This document shows, in pieces, positions 10,146-22,189 of a stretch of 64,000 nucleotides of DNA. A program made the position numbers and the translations under genes. The stretch is from contig JAYTHU010000231.1 of NCBI GenBank assembly GCA_043732305.1, forward strand, positions 1 through 64,000. Direction: 5' to 3'. The notes under the pieces were generated by a model. That model worked only from the letters and a program-made list of their open reading frames with translations. It searched no databases and had not been told where the DNA came from. Each line of letters starts with the position of its first letter. The stretch's first letter is position 1. The stretch is from Oligoflexia bacterium. Its GTDB lineage: Bacteria; Bdellovibrionota; Bdellovibrionia; JABDDW01.

Positions 10146-10241
10146 TTTTTCCCCATATGAATTATGCAAACTATTCACCTAATTCTTACTCAAAAGCATC
10201 GATAATTTCAACTTTTGATTTCAGCGATTGTCTGAGACTAT

Positions 10242-10550
10242 ATGGCAATGAAAATGACATTTAACCCTGACTCCCATGTGTGTGAATTTGACGGGCAACC
10301 CAGTATATTGGAGGTTGCCATTGCTTGCGATGTGCCTCTCAATCATTCTTGCGGAGGAATGGGAAGCTGCACCACTTGTATCATTCGAGTGATTTATGCG
10401 CCTACTTTGCTAGAACCCCGTTCCGAGTTGGAAACAGAGCATGCCGGAGCTCGAGGTTTTGCTGATTGTGAAAGATTAGGGTGCCAAACAAATGCCGTCG
10501 ATGGCTTGATTGTGGAGATTCCGGTTCCGGGCGATGTCAGTAGCCTCTAA
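10242..10550 (+). CDS. 2Fe-2S ferredoxin
   Basis: SCGGMGSCTTC...RLGCQ. Confidence 0.9.
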   Translation: MAMKMTFNPDSHVCEFDGQPSILEVAIACDVPLNHSCGGMGSCTTCIIRVIYAPTLLEPRSELETEHAGARGFADCERLGCQTNAVDGLIVEIPVPGDVSSL

Positions 10551-11752
10551 TAAATGCGAATAGGGTTAGAATAAATCCAAGAAAAAGTAGTGCGACCATC
10601 GGGCAAAGGAAGTGTCGGGGAAATTTTAACTACAACTCTGTAAGATCCTTTTTCTGCCACGTCGGTTTTCAAAACTTGTCCATGAGTAGCAGAAATCACT
10701 TTTCCATCTTTAATTAAAATAATCTCATGGGGAATTTCGACTTCGTGACCTAGATCAGCCACGAGTTTTACGACATCATCTTTGCTTTCGATCTGATCGC
10801 CTAACATAAACTCTTTTCCATGTTTGGTGGCGGTAAAATAGAAACCCGCGGGATCACCTAAAATATCGACGCTGAAATAAAAATGCCCGAGTGAAAGACC
10901 GACAAGAATTTTTTCTTTGTCGTTTTGAAATACTCCAGTGAGTTCACTTTTTAGAAGCACATGATTTTTAATGAGCTTGAAAGATCTGCGATATGAAGGA
11001 AATTTAATTTCTGAATCGGGAAATGGAATCATTTTGGCAGTGGCCCCGCTTCCGGCCCAACCATAAAATTGCCGATGCTGAAGATTTTCATCCCAAGCAC
11101 GAATTTCGTGATTGGGCTCCGAAAAAAGTCGTAGATAACTCAAGTCAGGATTAAACGGCAACATGAGAAGACTCCACGCCACACTGAATTTTTTCAGCGT
11201 GAGTTTGGATTGCCAAAGACTATCAAGATTTAAAATTTCCATTCCTGTCAGCCCCGGCAAAGAAAGATTTTCCCAAGTGTGCCTTGGCAGATAGGGATTA
11301 GCAGCCACCAGCATGTTACCGATGCGCGGAGGATTTTGCAGAAGCTCGTTAAAATAAATCTGCGCTTGTCCTGCACCATTGAAAGGCCATTGAGAACTAA
11401 ATCCGTAGGTTAAAAGGTGACCACCCAAGAAACTAAATTTCCCACCAGCAATCATTAAGACATCATTTTTATAGCCTTCGATATCTCCCTGACTGTCAAA
11501 GAAATTAAGGTCAGTAACAATGACAAATTGGCATCCAGTGACAGAAGCCGCACGTGCCAATTCAGCAACCGACCCGCTTCCAATGCTACGACTGGTTTGG
11601 GCGTGGGTGATTCCCGCATAGTCGTAGAATTTTCCATTGTCTAAACTTGGAGACGGAATCACTAATGGAAATGTAGTTTGATAACTTATAAATCCTAAAG
11701 TTGTATAAATTAATATCAGCGTGAGCGTTGAAACGAAGAGATATCGTTTCAC
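10547..11752 (-). CDS. Membrane-anchored PHP-fold protein with degenerate metal ligands
   Basis: G.THAQT..S.G, VTDLN, GHLL, AANP and C-terminal W.YSNPI resemble PHP/CehA-McbA-type motifs, but the His ligands are substituted. Confidence 0.55.
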   Translation of the reverse strand: MKRYLFVSTLTLILIYTTLGFISYQTTFPLVIPSPSLDNGKFYDYAGITHAQTSRSIGSGSVAELARAASVTGCQFVIVTDLNFFDSQGDIEGYKNDVLMIAGGKFSFLGGHLLTYGFSSQWPFNGAGQAQIYFNELLQNPPRIGNMLVAANPYLPRHTWENLSLPGLTGMEILNLDSLWQSKLTLKKFSVAWSLLMLPFNPDLSYLRLFSEPNHEIRAWDENLQHRQFYGWAGSGATAKMIPFPDSEIKFPSYRRSFKLIKNHVLLKSELTGVFQNDKEKILVGLSLGHFYFSVDILGDPAGFYFTATKHGKEFMLGDQIESKDDVVKLVADLGHEVEIPHEIILIKDGKVISATHGQVLKTDVAEKGSYRVVVKISPTLPLPDGRTTFSWIYSNPIRIY

Positions 11753-13104
11753 TGATCCCGAACCCCAAAGAGCACAAGGCCACTCGGTAGACTTTGGATC
11801 ACATTGAGCGAATATTTTTTCTGCAATCGATCATAAATAATATCTTGAGCATCTAAAACTATGTAACCGCCAGCAAGAGTTGTAGGTTGATCGAGAAAGT
11901 CGTAAAAATCTTTTCGATCCATGCCTGAAGGTTTGATGACTTCTTTATCTGCATCTCGAAAATAAGAATGATAAGCAGAAATCTGATAACTTCTTCCATA
12001 AAGCGGTGAATATTTTTTCAAGATAAGAATATCGCCTTGCCACTCCCGCAAAATCGTAGTGCGGTCCATGTCACGAGAAATGGGAAGCCATGGTTTGATT
12101 GCGTGAGATACGATCACCACGAAAAACATCGCTGAAATTAAGACTCCGGTTTTATAGATAGTAAGATAAGAGTTTCTTTCACTTCGCTCTTTCAATGAGG
12201 CAGCAAGAACGGCCATAGCGGTCAGAGCGGGATAAGCGCAGACGGGCCAATTTGGTTCTACTCGTGCACGGAAGGAAGTGAGTAGAAAAAACGCCACCGG
12301 GAAAAGCCCAAATATAATAAGCAGCTTTTGCGTCCGATAATATTTAACACATCCAATGATTGCCAATCCGGCGAGAAATGGATTCAGTAATCCAATTTGT
12401 CCTAAAATATATTCGAGTGGCCACTTAAAATGTATGAACCCAGAACTCGAAAGTCCGTGCAAGGTTTGGAATTTGAATGAGGCAAAATGATTTTGATAAT
12501 TCCAAATGACCACAGGAAGAAAAATGACAAATCCTAAAGCTAACCCTATCCAAGGTCCGCGTTTCTTTAACAGATAATTTTTTTTCTCGAGGCAAATCCA
12601 AAGGAGCATTGCCGGTAGGAACAAAATCATCGTGTATTTTGACAAAAGTCCGAAACCAAAAGTGACGCCCAACAGGAGCCACATGTTTCCGGTGGGTTTT
12701 TCCACGGCGTGATGAAAAACCAAAAGTGAAAGTCCCCAGAAAAATATCAACGGAACATCGGGAGTGATAATGAACCCGCCAAGCCCTGTCATTGGTCCAA
12801 CTAGAATTGCAAGTATCCAAAGAACCAACATTTTGTTTGAGAAACCGGTTCTCTTCAAAAGAGCCATCCAAGGGAGGATTCCAACGTGCTCGAAAATCAC
12901 TCCGGGAAGTCTTGCTCCAAAGGGTGTCTTCCAAAAAAATCCCCCTATCCACATAAGCCATGAAACAAAAGGTGGATGATCGAAATAACTCAATTGAAGA
13001 TGGCGTCCCCACGCAAAATAATAAGTTTCATCTGGCGTGATGGGTAGATATGGGAGAAGGGAAATTTTGATTATTAAAGCGATGATCCAGATTTGTACAA
13101 TCAT
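11749..13104 (-). CDS. GT-C glycosyltransferase (ArnT/PMT family)
   Basis: DETYY..W, SYFDHPP, TPD.PL, LLSKY, many TM helices. Confidence 0.9.
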   Translation of the reverse strand: MIVQIWIIALIIKISLLPYLPITPDETYYFAWGRHLQLSYFDHPPFVSWLMWIGGFFWKTPFGARLPGVIFEHVGILPWMALLKRTGFSNKMLVLWILAILVGPMTGLGGFIITPDVPLIFFWGLSLLVFHHAVEKPTGNMWLLLGVTFGFGLLSKYTMILFLPAMLLWICLEKKNYLLKKRGPWIGLALGFVIFLPVVIWNYQNHFASFKFQTLHGLSSSGFIHFKWPLEYILGQIGLLNPFLAGLAIIGCVKYYRTQKLLIIFGLFPVAFFLLTSFRARVEPNWPVCAYPALTAMAVLAASLKERSERNSYLTIYKTGVLISAMFFVVIVSHAIKPWLPISRDMDRTTILREWQGDILILKKYSPLYGRSYQISAYHSYFRDADKEVIKPSGMDRKDFYDFLDQPTTLAGGYIVLDAQDIIYDRLQKKYSLNVIQSLPSGLVLFGVRDQ

Positions 13105-13106
13105 GA

Positions 13107-14111
13107 TCAGGGAAAAGCTAGAGTTTTAGGTTGCCCCAAGTTTCCTGGAACGCCAATCTCGTGACCATTGTGAATCACACTGATCGCACCACCATTGGTG
13201 GTTGAAATTCTAATTTTTCCCTTGGCTTTGAAAGTTTGAATTTGATCTGACGCCATATTGATTTCTTGTGCAGCTTTTCCATCGATGCTGACTTTAATAC
13301 TCACGTTGTTCAAGGCTTCAATAATCATTGTTTGGGGCACAAGAGGTGCATCCTCTACAGGGACAGGTACGACAACAGCAACTGGCGTTGGTGAAGGAAC
13401 AACAACAGCTACAGGTGTGGACTTGGGAGTTTCTTTAGGTATTGGCGAAGGAGTGGGAGCAGCAACCACAACGGTTTTTTTAACTTCAATTTTAGCTTCT
13501 GGTTTAACTTCTGGTTTAGCTGCAGGAGGCACTAAAGGTGGCGGAGTAGGGGTAGGAGCGGGAATCAAAGGTGTGAGTCCAACAGAAGCAGTAGGCACAG
13601 GTACAGGCAAATCTGAAGCTGGTGGCAAGGGCGCAGGAATATTGACAGGAGAATCGTTACCGGTGATGGCTTGAATGCCAGCCACTTTCATTTCCGCTTC
13701 ACGTCGAGAGACAATTTTTTGAATGACGATTATTGATAATATCAGAACCACAATCACTACACCAGTGATCCAGCTTCCACCGCTGCTCATTGATTTTGAC
13801 ATGATTCGATCTTTTGCAGCTGTAGGCTCATTCGATGCATTCAGATCGGGAACGTAGACAGGAGTTTTGGGACGAGTCGAACCAATGGTTTCCTGGAGCT
13901 TTGCTAAAACTTCTTTAGAATCAAGCCCGAGATATTTTGCATAAGTTTGGACAAAACCGCGAACGAATGTTTTTGCCGGAAGTTTTTCTAAATCGCCAGC
14001 TTCGAGAGACTGAAGAATTTTAATATTGATTTTTGTTGCCGCAGAAACTTCCTCTAAAGAAATTTTTAGAGAGTCGCGTTTTTCTTTTAACAGTTTTCCA
14101 ATTTCTTTCAT
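13107..14111 (-). CDS. rodZ: RodZ-like HTH membrane protein
   Basis: IG..LK..R...SLEEV...TKI...LE.G...FVRGFV..YA.YLGL HTH, one TM, Pro-rich linker, DUF4115-like C-terminus. Confidence 0.85.
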   Translation of the reverse strand: MKEIGKLLKEKRDSLKISLEEVSAATKINIKILQSLEAGDLEKLPAKTFVRGFVQTYAKYLGLDSKEVLAKLQETIGSTRPKTPVYVPDLNASNEPTAAKDRIMSKSMSSGGSWITGVVIVVLILSIIVIQKIVSRREAEMKVAGIQAITGNDSPVNIPAPLPPASDLPVPVPTASVGLTPLIPAPTPTPPPLVPPAAKPEVKPEAKIEVKKTVVVAAPTPSPIPKETPKSTPVAVVVPSPTPVAVVVPVPVEDAPLVPQTMIIEALNNVSIKVSIDGKAAQEINMASDQIQTFKAKGKIRISTTNGGAISVIHNGHEIGVPGNLGQPKTLAFP

Positions 14112-14881
14112 CTTATAATTTTGAGCATCGCTTTTGCTTTCGCGGCGTACTCACTTCCCGGATAAAGTTTAACAACCTCTTCGAGGCGGGCTTTCGCCTT
14201 TTCTTTTTGTCCGATTTTGTAATAACTCAGACCGCTATTGTAATGAGCCTCATCATAATTATTATTACAGAGCTTGAGCGCAGTCTCAAATGATTCCGCA
14301 GCTTGGTCAAATTTTTGTAATCCGAATAGAGCTTGACCATAGTAGTTGTATGCTGGACAAAATTTATTGTTGGCATCAATTGCTTTTTTCAACTGGACGA
14401 GAGCCGTGTTGTATTCACCTTTTTTAATGTAGGCTAAGCCCAAATTGACATAGGCTTTTTCAACGCTCGTATAAGTAAGATCTTTCACGACTTCAGTCAG
14501 TTCTGTGACGGCTTCGTCATAACGGGCTAATTCAATGTGCACTCGACCTAAGTTATTTTTAGCGTCACTGTACTTTGGGTTGATAGAAATAGCTTTACGA
14601 AGATGTATCTCTGCGCGGCCAAAATCTTTTTTTACAAAAAGAGCCAATCCGAAGTTATTTTGAATGATGGCATCATTGGGATCTAATTGTTCTGCAGATG
14701 CAAGTGAGCTTAAAGCTAGTTGGTAGTTACCTTTGATGAGTTGGCTCGTTCCCACTCGTAGATAGACTTGCGCTTCTTCTTTTTTGGTATCTGAAGTCGA
14801 ACAACCGGTCGCGAGCAAGCCAATACACAAAATCTCGACAAGGCACCTCAAAGCTGCAGAATATTTATGAGTTTTTACCAT
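14108..14881 (-). CDS. TPR lipoprotein, PilF/Tgl-like type IV pilus pilotin
   Basis: Lipobox LATGC, tandem TPRs (NNFG, NNLG, YVNLG), immediately upstream of rodZ. Confidence 0.8.
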   Translation of the reverse strand: MVKTHKYSAALRCLVEILCIGLLATGCSTSDTKKEEAQVYLRVGTSQLIKGNYQLALSSLASAEQLDPNDAIIQNNFGLALFVKKDFGRAEIHLRKAISINPKYSDAKNNLGRVHIELARYDEAVTELTEVVKDLTYTSVEKAYVNLGLAYIKKGEYNTALVQLKKAIDANNKFCPAYNYYGQALFGLQKFDQAAESFETALKLCNNNYDEAHYNSGLSYYKIGQKEKAKARLEEVVKLYPGSEYAAKAKAMLKIIR

Positions 14882-14921
14882 AGCTTATGGCTAACAAACG
14901 GTCGCGATAAAAACAACTCTA

Positions 14922-16511
14922 TTATTCGGTTATCCACTTATCTTCAGAGAGACCCCATAGTGAAATTGCATCCAATTCCAAACGGGCCATTCCATACTCA
15001 CTCGAGGCATAAGGATTTATTAAATCTTTAGGGTTATATTCCCTCAAAATAATCGCTTGAAGCGTGGTTAATTTTTTCTGAATACGCGAGATCCGAGCCA
15101 AGTGATATGACAGTGCGCCTCTATCAACTTCGGTAAGCCACGCACTAGCTAACACCGCATCGAGAGTCTGAGCATCTTCCCCGTAATTGGCTATTAGGCT
15201 GTTAAGTGACTTTGTGATCATCGATTGATAGAAGGCCGCCGCATTTTGATTTTCGGTCTTACGACTTTCAAGGCGATTCTTGAGTTCTGGCGATTGAAGT
15301 AGCAGCAGTCTAGAATTGCTAACGGTATTTAAAATTCCATTGGCTGTGACCTGTTCAAGTCTTGAAACAATCTTTCTTTGTTCAGTCACTAGCGCTTCAA
15401 TTTTATCAACCGACAATTTAGAAACAGAAAGAAGTGTGTTACTGAGTTTTTCACGCTTTTCTTGAGCAGCTTTTAGAATAAAGAGCAATTCTTGATGAGA
15501 TTTGGCGCCGTACAGTTCTGTTCTATCTAAACGGGTTTCATAAAGTTTGCCCCACGCCTCGCGAGTCAGTTCCGTGATCTTATCATTCCATTTATCAGAA
15601 ACCATATTTCCGAAAAAAGTAGCTACGCCGACACCTATTATAATTTTTTTAGGTCCACTCCATGTTCGATCTTTTGCGATGAATTTATTGAGAGATACTC
15701 CACCAATGGTTGTTCCAATGAGCGAAGTGAGAGTATTTCCGCTTAACGCGGTTTCTCTCCATACTCGGCCCCAAATTAGGCTTTGCAAACTGTTGTCATG
15801 AAGAAAATAAGTAAGAGCCGTAAATACTTTTTCGTAAGCCCGATGGGTGATCACTCCCCCATGCTCAAGGCCCCAATAAAAATAAGAAGGACCAACTCTT
15901 TCTTGAAGCAGCGTCAATTGCTTCATTTCGCTATCGCTTACTCCGCCAAATTTCAGCGGGTGTTCAATGACATCAAGTGCTGCTAAGCGAATTGTTTCAT
16001 CTATAAAATTATTGCCTAATGAAACCGCTGTCGCTGCAACGAAAGTTGGAAATATTTTTGATAAAAAGCCACCATTCAATTTCAACATTGGGATGGCTTT
16101 TCCTGCTAAAAATCCAATGCCCTCTGTTCCAGCGACAATCGGAAGAAACAAACCAAGTCCATCCGCAGTTTTAAACGCCACCTGTTCACCTATGCCCCAC
16201 TCGTGTTGAATTTCGGCAACTTTTTTATCTACATTCTCTTGATTCAAATCTAAGTTATCATCGGAAAGCCTCTTGAGCGCTTCTTTGGCAACGATGAGAC
16301 CGAGAGCGGTGAAATATGTTTTTCCCATCCTTGAGACCGATCCTAGTGCCAGTTTCACGGCTGGATGTTCGCTCTCTGAAATTTTGGTGGCGGCATTTTT
16401 CAGAGTTTGCTGGATAGGAGTGTCTTTGGCTTGGGCATTCTGCACAAACATTAATAAAATCAAACCATGAATGAGAGGGGTTATTGCTAACCTGTTAAAA
16501 ACCGTATACAT
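14922..16511 (-). CDS. Hypothetical secreted, alpha-helical protein
   Basis: 529-aa ORF, GGAGG RBS, signal peptide ending AQA-K, Gly/Ala-rich hydrophobic helices, coiled-coil-like C-terminal half. Confidence 0.7.
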   Translation of the reverse strand: MYTVFNRLAITPLIHGLILLMFVQNAQAKDTPIQQTLKNAATKISESEHPAVKLALGSVSRMGKTYFTALGLIVAKEALKRLSDDNLDLNQENVDKKVAEIQHEWGIGEQVAFKTADGLGLFLPIVAGTEGIGFLAGKAIPMLKLNGGFLSKIFPTFVAATAVSLGNNFIDETIRLAALDVIEHPLKFGGVSDSEMKQLTLLQERVGPSYFYWGLEHGGVITHRAYEKVFTALTYFLHDNSLQSLIWGRVWRETALSGNTLTSLIGTTIGGVSLNKFIAKDRTWSGPKKIIIGVGVATFFGNMVSDKWNDKITELTREAWGKLYETRLDRTELYGAKSHQELLFILKAAQEKREKLSNTLLSVSKLSVDKIEALVTEQRKIVSRLEQVTANGILNTVSNSRLLLLQSPELKNRLESRKTENQNAAAFYQSMITKSLNSLIANYGEDAQTLDAVLASAWLTEVDRGALSYHLARISRIQKKLTTLQAIILREYNPKDLINPYASSEYGMARLELDAISLWGLSEDKWITE

Positions 16512-16666
16512 AAGCCTAAACCTCCATATTACAAGAATGGGACCTGCCCGGAGTAGCCTGGATGGTTTTTAAATCAAATCGATGATGTTGTGACGAATTT
16601 TGGCGTCACCAGCGTGAAGAAAAGTAAAAAACTGAGAGACCAATTGCTGGTATTTCACCAGCGATG

Positions 16667-16682
16667 CGGCACCATTTTTGCT
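16667..16682 (+). promoter_or_regulatory. Putative sigma54 promoter
   Basis: CGGCAC-CATTT-TTGCT, near-consensus, upstream of the 16713 ORF. Confidence 0.55.
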
Positions 16683-16712
16683 CTATGCTGATTCAACTAA
16701 GAACGGTGGGAA

Positions 16713-17504
16713 TTGATAATGAGAAATAATATTTTACTGACCCTAATAACTACGACTTTAGGTGTTTTATCGATTTTGCCTATTCCTGCGACTGCGGCAA
16801 TGCGGTCTGAATTAGTGAAGAATGAAACTCTTACTTATTCGATAACGGTCAACGAAAGTGTTTCCAAAATGCCTAGCCAGGTATCAACTTCGATTTTCGA
16901 AGCAATTGCAATTTTGCCTGAATTTCCACCTCCCGGTGTCACTCTTAAAATTTCACAAACGATAAATCCTGACGTTATTATTACGTTCACAACGTCTGCT
17001 GCACATCCTTTTTTGGCTAAGCCAGAAGTTTTCTATCGAACAAAATCTTCCGAGGGTCTCGCCTTCTCCGCTTTTTATCCGTTCGTGCCTCACCACTCCG
17101 ACATTCCGGTTATCGTTTTTGTATTTGTGGATAAATTGTTAGACGGGCATGGAGATTTCGATGCACGCTTGCTGACCACTCTCGCTCGCGAGATGTACGG
17201 AAATGCCTTAGCTTTTAAGAGATCGCGATTGAATAGACTTTCCGCGAAGTTCGCAAATAATTTGGAAATAAAAAATAAACTTTGGTCGGCTATTGAAATA
17301 GACGCTCGCGATTATGAGAGTGGCTTCATCGAAAGAGTCCTCACAAATAGACATAGAATATTTTCAGAAAAAATGAACCTTAGCTTTAAAACACAATTAG
17401 GCAAATTGAATATGGATCGGCTTAGAAAAGACAAACCCAATTCTGAAGTCACTCGAGTCTGCACCGGACTTATCTCAAAGCTGATGCTCTATTCCACAAA
17501 ATAA
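16713..17504 (+). CDS. Hypothetical secreted protein
   Basis: 263-aa ORF with a signal-peptide-like N-terminus; the likely start is ATG 16719. Confidence 0.6.
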   Translation: MIMRNNILLTLITTTLGVLSILPIPATAAMRSELVKNETLTYSITVNESVSKMPSQVSTSIFEAIAILPEFPPPGVTLKISQTINPDVIITFTTSAAHPFLAKPEVFYRTKSSEGLAFSAFYPFVPHHSDIPVIVFVFVDKLLDGHGDFDARLLTTLAREMYGNALAFKRSRLNRLSAKFANNLEIKNKLWSAIEIDARDYESGFIERVLTNRHRIFSEKMNLSFKTQLGKLNMDRLRKDKPNSEVTRVCTGLISKLMLYSTK

Positions 17505-17513
17505 ACTTAACGG

Positions 17514-18710
17514 TTAGAGAGTGGCGAGAGCGACAAGCTCCACATGAAATGTTTGTGGAAACATATCAAACGGTTGAACGCTCACTAATTTCAATTTGGT
17601 GGCAGCTTTGATTCTCGCCCAATCTCTAGCAAACGTAGCCGGATTGCAACTCACGTAAACCAAAGTTTTCACTCCTACCTCGGCAATATTATTTACCAGA
17701 GGCTCGGTCATTCCAGTTCTGGGCGGATCAACCAACAAAGTTTCAAACGTACGCCGCTGATCCAACAATTTTTCGACCCCAGCTGTGGCGTCATCACTTG
17801 AAAAGAACGCTCGAGGATTAAAACCAGTGTTTTTATTTTTATCCGATATGAGACGTAATTTCTCCCGGGCGTCCGAAATGGCAGCTCTATTGCCATCAAT
17901 TCCGTAAACATCCCAACCGTTTTCGATCAGTGGCATTGAGAAATTACCATTGCCGCAGAAAAGCTCTAACAGACTGCTTCGGCCGAACCCACTTTGTGGA
18001 TTTCCTATCAAGCTTTGCACATAGGCAATCATCTGCTTGTTTTGTTTTGTGTTTACTTGTGCGAATCCAAATTCCTCACCATGATTTTGATCTTGAGATC
18101 GAACAGTTTTACCGCTCTCGGCAATGAATATTTCAATTTTAGACTCGTGCTCGGCACGATAATTTATTATTTCAGCTTTAATTTTTGAGATTTCGTCGTT
18201 GATGGATGGCTCAACAATGTGACATTTGTCAAAACTGACGAGCTCATGACTACCTTTACGGTAAAATCCAGCGGCCGAGCCTAATGTTCTTACTTGTACT
18301 CGATTGCGGTAATTGAATTTCTCAGGCGATGCAATAATTGGCTTCACTTCAAATTTTTGTTCTTTAGCAATTCTCGAAAGCGCATGCATGACAATATTTT
18401 GTTTTTGTTGAAGTTGCTCTTCGTATGAAACGTGCTGCCACTGACAACCGCCACATTTGCCAAAAACTTCGCATGGCGGAGTGACTCGGCGGGGACCAGG
18501 AGCAATAATCTTAATTAATTCAGCTTCGGCGTAGTTCTTTTTTACTTCAGTGACGCGCGCCTGGATTTCATCACCAGGGGCCGCAAAAGGTACAAAGAAA
18601 ACAAAGTCCTGAGCGCGACCAACGGCAGCGCCTCCATGAGCCAGAGATTCAACCTTAAGTTGAATCTCCTGCCCAATCAAAGGCTTGTCGCTCGGGTTAT
18701 TGGTTAACAA
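17514..18710 (-). CDS. rlmD: 23S rRNA (uracil-5)-methyltransferase RlmD/RumA
   Basis: TRAM domain, C..FGKCGGC Fe-S motif, [30 protein letters not shown]. Start estimated at TTG 18710, overlapping the ndk end. Confidence 0.9.
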   Translation of the reverse strand: MLTNNPSDKPLIGQEIQLKVESLAHGGAAVGRAQDFVFFVPFAAPGDEIQARVTEVKKNYAEAELIKIIAPGPRRVTPPCEVFGKCGGCQWQHVSYEEQLQQKQNIVMHALSRIAKEQKFEVKPIIASPEKFNYRNRVQVRTLGSAAGFYRKGSHELVSFDKCHIVEPSINDEISKIKAEIINYRAEHESKIEIFIAESGKTVRSQDQNHGEEFGFAQVNTKQNKQMIAYVQSLIGNPQSGFGRSSLLELFCGNGNFSMPLIENGWDVYGIDGNRAAISDAREKLRLISDKNKNTGFNPRAFFSSDDATAGVEKLLDQRRTFETLLVDPPRTGMTEPLVNNIAEVGVKTLVYVSCNPATFARDWARIKAATKLKLVSVQPFDMFPQTFHVELVALATL

Positions 18711-19119
18711 GTTCGTTTGGTTCGAAGAAAAAAGCAATTTCTCGAGCAGCGCTTGCCGCACTGTCTGATCCGTGCACTGTGTTTTCGCCCATGCTATCGC
18801 CGAAATCTTTGCGGATTGTTCCAGCATCTGCTTTAGCAGGATCTGTCGCGCCCATGATTTTGCGATTCTTGTCCACGGCTCCGGGTCCTTGAAGAACCAT
18901 AACCAAAACGGGACCAGAACTCATGAAACCAACAAGTTCACCGAAAAATGGACGTGCTTTGTGTTCAGCGTAGAATCCTTCAGCTTTAGCTTGGGTGAGA
19001 GTCATAAGTTTAGCAGCAACAATTTTCAAACCTTGTGATTCAAAACGTTCAATGACTTTTCCGATGACATTCTTTTTAACGCCATTAGGTTTGATAATGC
19101 TTAATGTTTGTTCTTTCAT
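18697..19119 (-). CDS. ndk: Nucleoside diphosphate kinase
   Basis: [31 protein letters not shown]. Confidence 0.97.
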   Translation of the reverse strand: MKEQTLSIIKPNGVKKNVIGKVIERFESQGLKIVAAKLMTLTQAKAEGFYAEHKARPFFGELVGFMSSGPVLVMVLQGPGAVDKNRKIMGATDPAKADAGTIRKDFGDSMGENTVHGSDSAASAAREIAFFFEPNELVNQ

Positions 19120-19157
19120 AAATTACTCCTCGAAAAAATTTTTAACAAAATTCCTGA

Positions 19158-20027
19158 TTAACTGATCGCGGCTTTAAGTGTGCTGCCTAGTTCTGCAGGA
19201 CTTCGGGCGATTTTGCAACCAGCCGCTGCTAGTGCCGCAAATTTTTCATCTGCTGTCCCGTGACCGCCACTAATGATGGCTCCAGCATGGCCCATACGCT
19301 TTCCAGGGGGAGCAGTCGCTCCAGCAATGAAATTAACGATAGGTTTTTCCATGTATTTTTTGATCCAAAGTGCTGCTTCTTCTTCAGCAGAACCACCGAT
19401 TTCACCAATCATGATGACAGCATCTGTTCCAGGATCAGCATTAAAGAGTTCCAATACGTCAATGAAGTTAGTTCCATTGACGGGATCTCCACCAATGCCC
19501 ACGCAAGAGCTTTGACCAATTCCAAGCTTAGTCAATTGGCCGACCGCTTCGTAAGTCAAAGTTCCAGAGCGGGACAAAACGCCAATACGGCCTGGCAAAT
19601 GAATGTGGCCGGGCATGATCCCGATTTTACATTCTCCGGGAGTGATGACTCCGGGACAGTTAGGTCCGATCAAACGAGTTTTCTTACCTTCCATGAATCT
19701 CTTCACTCGAATCATATCCAAAACGGGAATACCTTCGGTGATGCACACGACGAGTTCCAATTTTGCATCGACAGCTTCCATAATTGCATCTGCCGCGAAT
19801 GGAGGCGGAACATAAATCACGCTGGCGTTTGCGCCGGTTTTTCTAACGGCTTCATCAACTGTGTTAAAAATAGGAAGACCTTCGTGAGTTCCCCCACCTT
19901 TTCCAGGAGTGATTCCCCCGACCATTTTTGTTCCGTATTCGATAGCCTGCTTAGTGTGGAAAGTTCCTTGTGCGCCAGTAATACCTTGGCAAAGCACTTT
20001 AGTGTTCTTGTTGACGAGAATACTCAA
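19158..20027 (-). CDS. sucD: Succinyl-CoA synthetase alpha subunit
   Basis: [32 protein letters not shown]. Confidence 0.97.
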   Translation of the reverse strand: MSILVNKNTKVLCQGITGAQGTFHTKQAIEYGTKMVGGITPGKGGGTHEGLPIFNTVDEAVRKTGANASVIYVPPPFAADAIMEAVDAKLELVVCITEGIPVLDMIRVKRFMEGKKTRLIGPNCPGVITPGECKIGIMPGHIHLPGRIGVLSRSGTLTYEAVGQLTKLGIGQSSCVGIGGDPVNGTNFIDVLELFNADPGTDAVIMIGEIGGSAEEEAALWIKKYMEKPIVNFIAGATAPPGKRMGHAGAIISGGHGTADEKFAALAAAGCKIARSPAELGSTLKAAIS

Positions 20028-21205
20028 TGGGTACCTCCAATAAACGCTTGGGCAGCAGCGACGACTTTTTTGGCGGCGTCGCCCATTCCGTCAGCTGAAG
20101 TGATTTTAAGACCGGAGTTGTTCAAAATTTCTTTTCCTTTTTCTGCGTTGGTTCCTTCTAAGCGCACAACCAAAGGAACTTTAAGTCCAATTTCTTTGGC
20201 CGCGGCAATCACGCCTTCAGCAATAATGTCGCATTTCATGATACCGCCGAAGATGTTAACCAAAATCGCTTTTACTTTTGTATCAGCCATGATGATTTTA
20301 AATGCCGCTGTCACCTTTGCTTTGTCTGCGCCGCCACCAACATCTAGGAAATTTGCGGGCTCGCCACCAGCAAGTTTGATGATGTCCATTGTGGCCATAG
20401 CCAAACCAGCGCCGTTGACTAAACACCCGATTGTTCCTTCGAGCGAAATATAGCTAAGACCATATTTGCTTGCTTCAATCTCGTGCAAATTTTCTTCATC
20501 GAGATCGCGCATCTCTAAAATTTCGGGATGTCTGAAGAGAGCGTTGTCATCGAAATTAAGTTTTGCATCGAGAGCCATGATGTCATTGTCTTCAGTGACC
20601 ACGAGAGGATTGATTTCAGCGATGCTGCAATCGTACTTCACGTAAGAGTCATAAAGAGCAGTGAAAAATTTCACAGCTTTGGAAATAGCCTCATTGGGAA
20701 TTCCGATTGCAAATGCGAGCTTTCTCGCTTGAAAAGGAGAAAGTCCAATTGCGGGGTCAATGGGTTCTTTAAAAATTTTCTCTGGGCTAGTTTCAGCGAC
20801 AGTTTCAATTTCCATTCCGCCTTCGGAAGAGGCCATCACGACAACTTTTCCAATAGCTCGATCGACAACAACACCAACGTAATATTCTTTTTTGATTTTA
20901 CATCCGGCTTCGATCAAAAGTTTTTTAACAACTTTTCCTTCGGGACCAGTTTGGTGAGTGATCAATGTCATTCCCAAGATAGCTTTGGCGGCTTTTTCGA
21001 CATCTTCAATTGTCTTTACTACCTTTACGCCGCCACCTTTGCCTCGACCACCAGCATGGATTTGCGCTTTGACAACCCAAACGCCACCGGGAATTTCCTT
21101 CGCATTTTTCACAGCTTCGGCAACTGAAAAAGCAACTTTGCCTTGAGGAACTTTTACTCCTTGGGCGGACAACAACTGCTTCCCTTGATACTCATGAATA
21201 TTCAT
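20024..21205 (-). CDS. sucC: Succinyl-CoA synthetase beta subunit
   Basis: [41 protein letters not shown]. Confidence 0.97.
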   Translation of the reverse strand: MNIHEYQGKQLLSAQGVKVPQGKVAFSVAEAVKNAKEIPGGVWVVKAQIHAGGRGKGGGVKVVKTIEDVEKAAKAILGMTLITHQTGPEGKVVKKLLIEAGCKIKKEYYVGVVVDRAIGKVVVMASSEGGMEIETVAETSPEKIFKEPIDPAIGLSPFQARKLAFAIGIPNEAISKAVKFFTALYDSYVKYDCSIAEINPLVVTEDNDIMALDAKLNFDDNALFRHPEILEMRDLDEENLHEIEASKYGLSYISLEGTIGCLVNGAGLAMATMDIIKLAGGEPANFLDVGGGADKAKVTAAFKIIMADTKVKAILVNIFGGIMKCDIIAEGVIAAAKEIGLKVPLVVRLEGTNAEKGKEILNNSGLKITSADGMGDAAKKVVAAAQAFIGGTH

Positions 21206-21217
21206 TTAATTATTTCC

Positions 21218-22189
<972 letters not shown>

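Noticed and set aside
12425..13012. 195-aa alternative-frame ORF inside the GT-C gene
   Set aside because: Same-strand off-frame ORF with no motif or RBS.
13340..13660. Repetitive Pro/Val/Thr-coding DNA (TPVAVVVP x2, KPEVKPEAK)
   Set aside because: Ordinary low-complexity RodZ linker, not a repeat element.
19260..21127. Long plus-strand ORFs (397 aa, 199 aa)
   Set aside because: Antisense shadows of sucD/sucC, which have strong family motifs; no independent coding evidence.
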